This document shows, in pieces, positions 60,757 through 64,000 of a DNA stretch of 64,000 nucleotides (the first letter of the stretch is position 1; each line of letters starts with the position of its first letter). Under the pieces are notes generated by a model. It was given only the letters and a program-made list of their open reading frames with translations, made no database searches and was not told where the DNA came from. This DNA comes from Pseudomonadota bacterium (GTDB lineage: Bacteria > Bdellovibrionota_C > UBA2361 > OMII01), in assembly GCA_038134595.1 (NCBI GenBank), contig JAYPVM010000002.1, forward strand, positions 70,887-134,886. The letters are read 5' to 3'. The position numbers and the translations under genes are program-made.

Positions 60757-62046
60757 ATGCAACTAATGACAAGCCAGACCCAAGTGTATGAACCAAGCCT
60801 GCATGTAACAGGTGTGAGTTTTCGTACGCTTGATATATCGGGTAGAGAGAAGCTTGTCTCGCAGGGTGAGTCTCCGGCACAGATTGCAAACGCTCTGGTG
60901 AGCAGGGGTGTTGTTGGAGAGGCGGCCGTTCTCGCTACCTGTAACAGATTTGAGATTATATCAGCAGGTGGAGAGGGAGATGGAATTGCGTCCTTTTTCG
61001 AGTCGACCCTAGAGCTTCCAACAGGAATTAAGACACCTCTGTATCAGTACCGAGATCAAGCGGCGGTGCGCCACCTCTATAAAGTTTCTTCAAGCCTTGA
61101 CTCTATGGTGGTCGGTGAGGCGCAGATACTTGGGCAGGTAAAGCAAGCGTATCGTGAGGCTGTCGATTCAGGGAGTGTTGGGCGTAATTTGCACCATCTC
61201 TTTCAGAGTGCCTTTCGAGTTGCAAAGCGTGTTCGATCGCATACTGATGTTGGAAGCTACGGCCTGTCGTTAAGTTATATCGCGGTGAAGCTGGCCGAGC
61301 AGATCTTTTCTGACCTCTCGAGGACACGAGTGGTTGTGTTGGGTAGTGGTGAGATGGCAGAGCTTGCTACACTTCATCTCTGCTCACATGGGTGTAAGAA
61401 CATTGTCGTTGCAAATCGAACCGTTGAACGCGCGGCATCGCTTGCGCGTCGTTTTGGAGGATTGGCTGTGGCACTTGATGACGTGCATGCAGTTTTGGCG
61501 CAGGCCGATATCGTCATCGGCTCGCTATCAATCGATAGGCCACTTATTACACGGCAAGCGCTACGTCACCGCAGTGTTCAGAGACCACTTTTTCTGATCG
61601 ATCTCGGCATGCCGCGAAATGTTGCTTCCGATGTGTGTGAGATGGAGAGTATCTATCTCTATAATATCGATGATTTAGTAGCGGTAGCTAAAGAACATCA
61701 AACACTTCGAGAGGAGGCCGCTAGAGAGGCTGATGTAGTGATTGATTACGGATTAATGCAGTTTGAAAGGTGGCGGTCAAAAGTAGCACGTGAACCTGAA
61801 ACCGTTGATTTACGTTCATTGGTAGCACGGGTGTGCAGGGAGGAGGTCGCAAGCCGGATGGTAACTGCATCAAAGGATAACCCCGAGGAGTTGGTAGAGT
61901 CATTGTCTTACGGAGTTAGTCAAAAATTAAGTCATGAATTAGTTAGGCTTCTTAGACGTCATTATCCTACAGGGGCGCAAGAAGATGACGATATTGAGAG
62001 TCCGTTTTTGATAGTGCCGTGGCAAGAAAGCTCTAGAAAAAAGTAG
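60757..62046 (+). CDS. hemA: Glutamyl-tRNA reductase
   Basis: ATCNRFE, SLDSMVVGEAQILGQVK, GSGEMA, ANRT, DLGMPRNV. Confidence 0.95.
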   Translation: MQLMTSQTQVYEPSLHVTGVSFRTLDISGREKLVSQGESPAQIANALVSRGVVGEAAVLATCNRFEIISAGGEGDGIASFFESTLELPTGIKTPLYQYRDQAAVRHLYKVSSSLDSMVVGEAQILGQVKQAYREAVDSGSVGRNLHHLFQSAFRVAKRVRSHTDVGSYGLSLSYIAVKLAEQIFSDLSRTRVVVLGSGEMAELATLHLCSHGCKNIVVANRTVERAASLARRFGGLAVALDDVHAVLAQADIVIGSLSIDRPLITRQALRHRSVQRPLFLIDLGMPRNVASDVCEMESIYLYNIDDLVAVAKEHQTLREEAAREADVVIDYGLMQFERWRSKVAREPETVDLRSLVARVCREEVASRMVTASKDNPEELVESLSYGVSQKLSHELVRLLRRHYPTGAQEDDDIESPFLIVPWQESSRKK

Positions 62047-62049
62047 GGG

Positions 62050-63057
62050 GTGGTTGTGGTTGGATTTGTTCGACAGATATTTGTGGTGATAAGTGTCTTG
62101 TTTCTTATGGAAAATAGCTCTATGGCGGATACAAAGCGTAGTGATTTTGAGCAGGAAAAGAAGGAGTTAAACGCACTTCAATACGAGGTCACACAACAGT
62201 GTGGCACAGAGCCTGCATTTCAAAACGAGTACTGGGATAATCACCGTGAAGGGATCTATGTGGATGTCGTCTCCGGTGAGCCACTTTTTAGCTCCACCGA
62301 TAAGTTTGATTCAGGTAGTGGCTGGCCGAGTTTTACCAAGCCGATAGGGGAGCGGGTTGTCAGAGAAAAGCGTGACACCTCTCACGGGATGGAACGAACC
62401 GAGATCCGCTCAAATAAAGCAGACTCACATCTTGGGCATGTCTTTACCGACGGGCCAGGCGCTAACGGGCTGCGGTACTGTATTAACTCTGCCGCCCTTC
62501 GGTTTATTCCAAAGAGAGATCTTGAGCAAGAAGGATACGGTGCTTACAAGGAGCTGTTTGAAGGCGTGTCTAGCAAAGAGGTAGCGATGCTTGCGGGTGG
62601 TTGTTTCTGGGGAGTAGAAGAGCTCTTACGAAAGCTTCCAGGTGTACTTAGTACTGAAGTCGGATACACAGGAGGCGAGCGACAAAATCCATCGTATGAG
62701 CAGATTACAACGGGGGTGACAGGGCATGCAGAGAGTGTGCGGGTTGAGTTTGACCCAAAGATACTTTCGTACGCAGATCTGTTGCGCTATTTTTTCAGGC
62801 TCCATGATCCGACAACGCTTAACAGACAGGGAAACGATAGAGGTACGCAGTATCGATCGAGTATATTTTTTACATCACGAGAACAGGAAGAAACTGCTCG
62901 AAAAATTATTCAAGAGGTAACTGAGTTGAAAAAATGGAAAGACCCCATAGTTACGCAGATAGTCCCTGCGCGCACTTGGTATCGTGCTGAAGAGTATCAT
63001 CAGGACTACCTACAAAAACACCCTAATGGCTATACCTGTCACTACCTGCGAGATTAA
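62050..63057 (+). CDS. msrAB: Bifunctional methionine sulfoxide reductase, MsrB-MsrA order
   Basis: Msr[27 protein letters not shown]. Msr[23 protein letters not shown]. Start uncertain (62050, 62107 or 62122). Confidence 0.93.
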   Translation: MVVVGFVRQIFVVISVLFLMENSSMADTKRSDFEQEKKELNALQYEVTQQCGTEPAFQNEYWDNHREGIYVDVVSGEPLFSSTDKFDSGSGWPSFTKPIGERVVREKRDTSHGMERTEIRSNKADSHLGHVFTDGPGANGLRYCINSAALRFIPKRDLEQEGYGAYKELFEGVSSKEVAMLAGGCFWGVEELLRKLPGVLSTEVGYTGGERQNPSYEQITTGVTGHAESVRVEFDPKILSYADLLRYFFRLHDPTTLNRQGNDRGTQYRSSIFFTSREQEETARKIIQEVTELKKWKDPIVTQIVPARTWYRAEEYHQDYLQKHPNGYTCHYLRD

Positions 63058-63064
63058 TCGAGTT

Positions 63065-64000
63065 TTATAGCGAAAGCTCAAGTAAGATTTTCTTAGCTAT
63101 CTGGGCAAATACGGCTCTAAGCTGGCTTGGGTCGCTTGCTGGAAAATACAATCCGACGTGGTCTCTGGTAAATTCGTGGCCGGATGGCTGAAGGCTTACT
63201 GGAGCTTCTGGTTTTCCGTCCTCACCGTAACCAATAGCTACTGTCTGGCCCTCTAAGGGGTGCGATGTGCAGGAGGTAATATCTTTGCTATTGTCATAGG
63301 CAAAGCTAAAATTCGTGTCCCAATTGCTCAGGCCGTCGGTTCCGTAGGCGCTTGAAGGTGTTGCTAGAGATCGAGGATCGAGAGCAAGTCGAGTAAGAAA
63401 TTTATCTTTTCTGGAGTTAAAGTCTAGAGCGTTTTCCATGGGGTCGGTACAGTCATTGCCGTACGTGGCAGACGCGGGAGTCCCTAGTCCGATTGTAAAG
63501 ATCTGCACGTTTCTTTTTCTTAGCTCATCGGCTGCGCGAATAGCGCAGTAGTACGGAAGCTCTGCGGTTTTGACGATTTCGCCGACAGTGCCAATAGAAG
63601 CTGGATCGGTATTCGAGACAAATTTTTTGCCGACATAGATCCTGGCATCAGTGTTAAACGGAAGAAAGCCGCTTAGGCGCTCGAGGCAGCCGGTACGATA
63701 GGTGGCTTTTGGGGTGTTTCCTATTCTAGGGCGCAACCCATCTGACAAAGGACGAAAGTAAGCAGGGGCTTTGATGGCGTTACCCACTGCAGCTGGTGTT
63801 GCAGGGACGTTATCTAATCCAAGAAGTTCTGCCCTGTAGGGTACATCTGGAAAATCTGGATGAGGCTGCCACAATTGCCATGTAAAATCGAGCACACGTG
63901 AAGCAAAATACTTACTGTGGTTGAGGTTGTCAGGAAACATTTGTTGTCCAGATCCAGGCGATTCTACTTCGAAACCGCGGTAAGGTGAGCGCGAGCCTGG
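63065..64000 (-). CDS. C-terminal part of a vWA-domain/TadG-like protein (continues beyond the window)
   Basis: Frame is open to base 64000; AADELRKRNVQIFTIGLG and YFPASDPSQLRAVFAQIAKKI are typical vWA C-terminal elements. Confidence 0.65.
   Translation of the reverse strand, partial: PGSRSPYRGFEVESPGSGQQMFPDNLNHSKYFASRVLDFTWQLWQPHPDFPDVPYRAELLGLDNVPATPAAVGNAIKAPAYFRPLSDGLRPRIGNTPKATYRTGCLERLSGFLPFNTDARIYVGKKFVSNTDPASIGTVGEIVKTAELPYYCAIRAADELRKRNVQIFTIGLGTPASATYGNDCTDPMENALDFNSRKDKFLTRLALDPRSLATPSSAYGTDGLSNWDTNFSFAYDNSKDITSCTSHPLEGQTVAIGYGEDGKPEAPVSLQPSGHEFTRDHVGLYFPASDPSQLRAVFAQIAKKILLELSL

Noticed and set aside
719..62920. Numerous 60-195 aa alternative-frame and antisense ORFs in the ORF track
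   Set aside because: They overlap well-supported genes and show no recognisable motifs; treated as shadow ORFs.
1..64000. tRNA, rRNA, CRISPR arrays, IS elements
   Set aside because: No cloverleaf/T-loop signatures, regularly spaced repeats, transposase ORFs or terminal inverted repeats seen by eye.

Overview
Gene-dense bacterial chromosomal window of roughly 50% GC (estimated by eye). Most genes lie on the + strand, which looks G/T-rich and may be the leading strand. The gene set tentatively resembles deltaproteobacteria-like lineages (Bdellovibrionota/Myxococcota-like). Housekeeping content: grpE-dnaK-dnaJ, an LpoA-like lipoprotein, lon, yceD, ssb, fabH, M29 aminopeptidase, tlyA, sbcDC, a HIT protein, greB, an ECF sigma factor, panD, a hybrid kinase with a CheY-like regulator, Mn-SOD, a sugar ABC transporter, an S8 protease, hemC-hemD-serS-hemE-ccsA-hemA, an MsrB-MsrA fusion and a truncated vWA/TadG-like gene. 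I found no rRNA, tRNA, CRISPR array or intact mobile element. Most notable: (1) a signal-peptide protein (22084-23430) whose C-terminus is a XerC/D-like tyrosine-recombinase domain that stops before the HxxR/Tyr catalytic residues. (2) This gene sits in a probable metal/redox module: a perfect RegA-type box, a His-rich outer-membrane barrel, RegB/RegA and a P1B-5 ATPase. (3) A GT39/DUF2298-type glycosyltransferase appears split into two head-to-head halves, as if by an inversion. (4) A crotonase/acyl-CoA dehydrogenase/IcmA/IcmB operon carries isobutyryl-CoA mutase specificity residues. All family calls come from recognising motifs by eye; no database searches were run.
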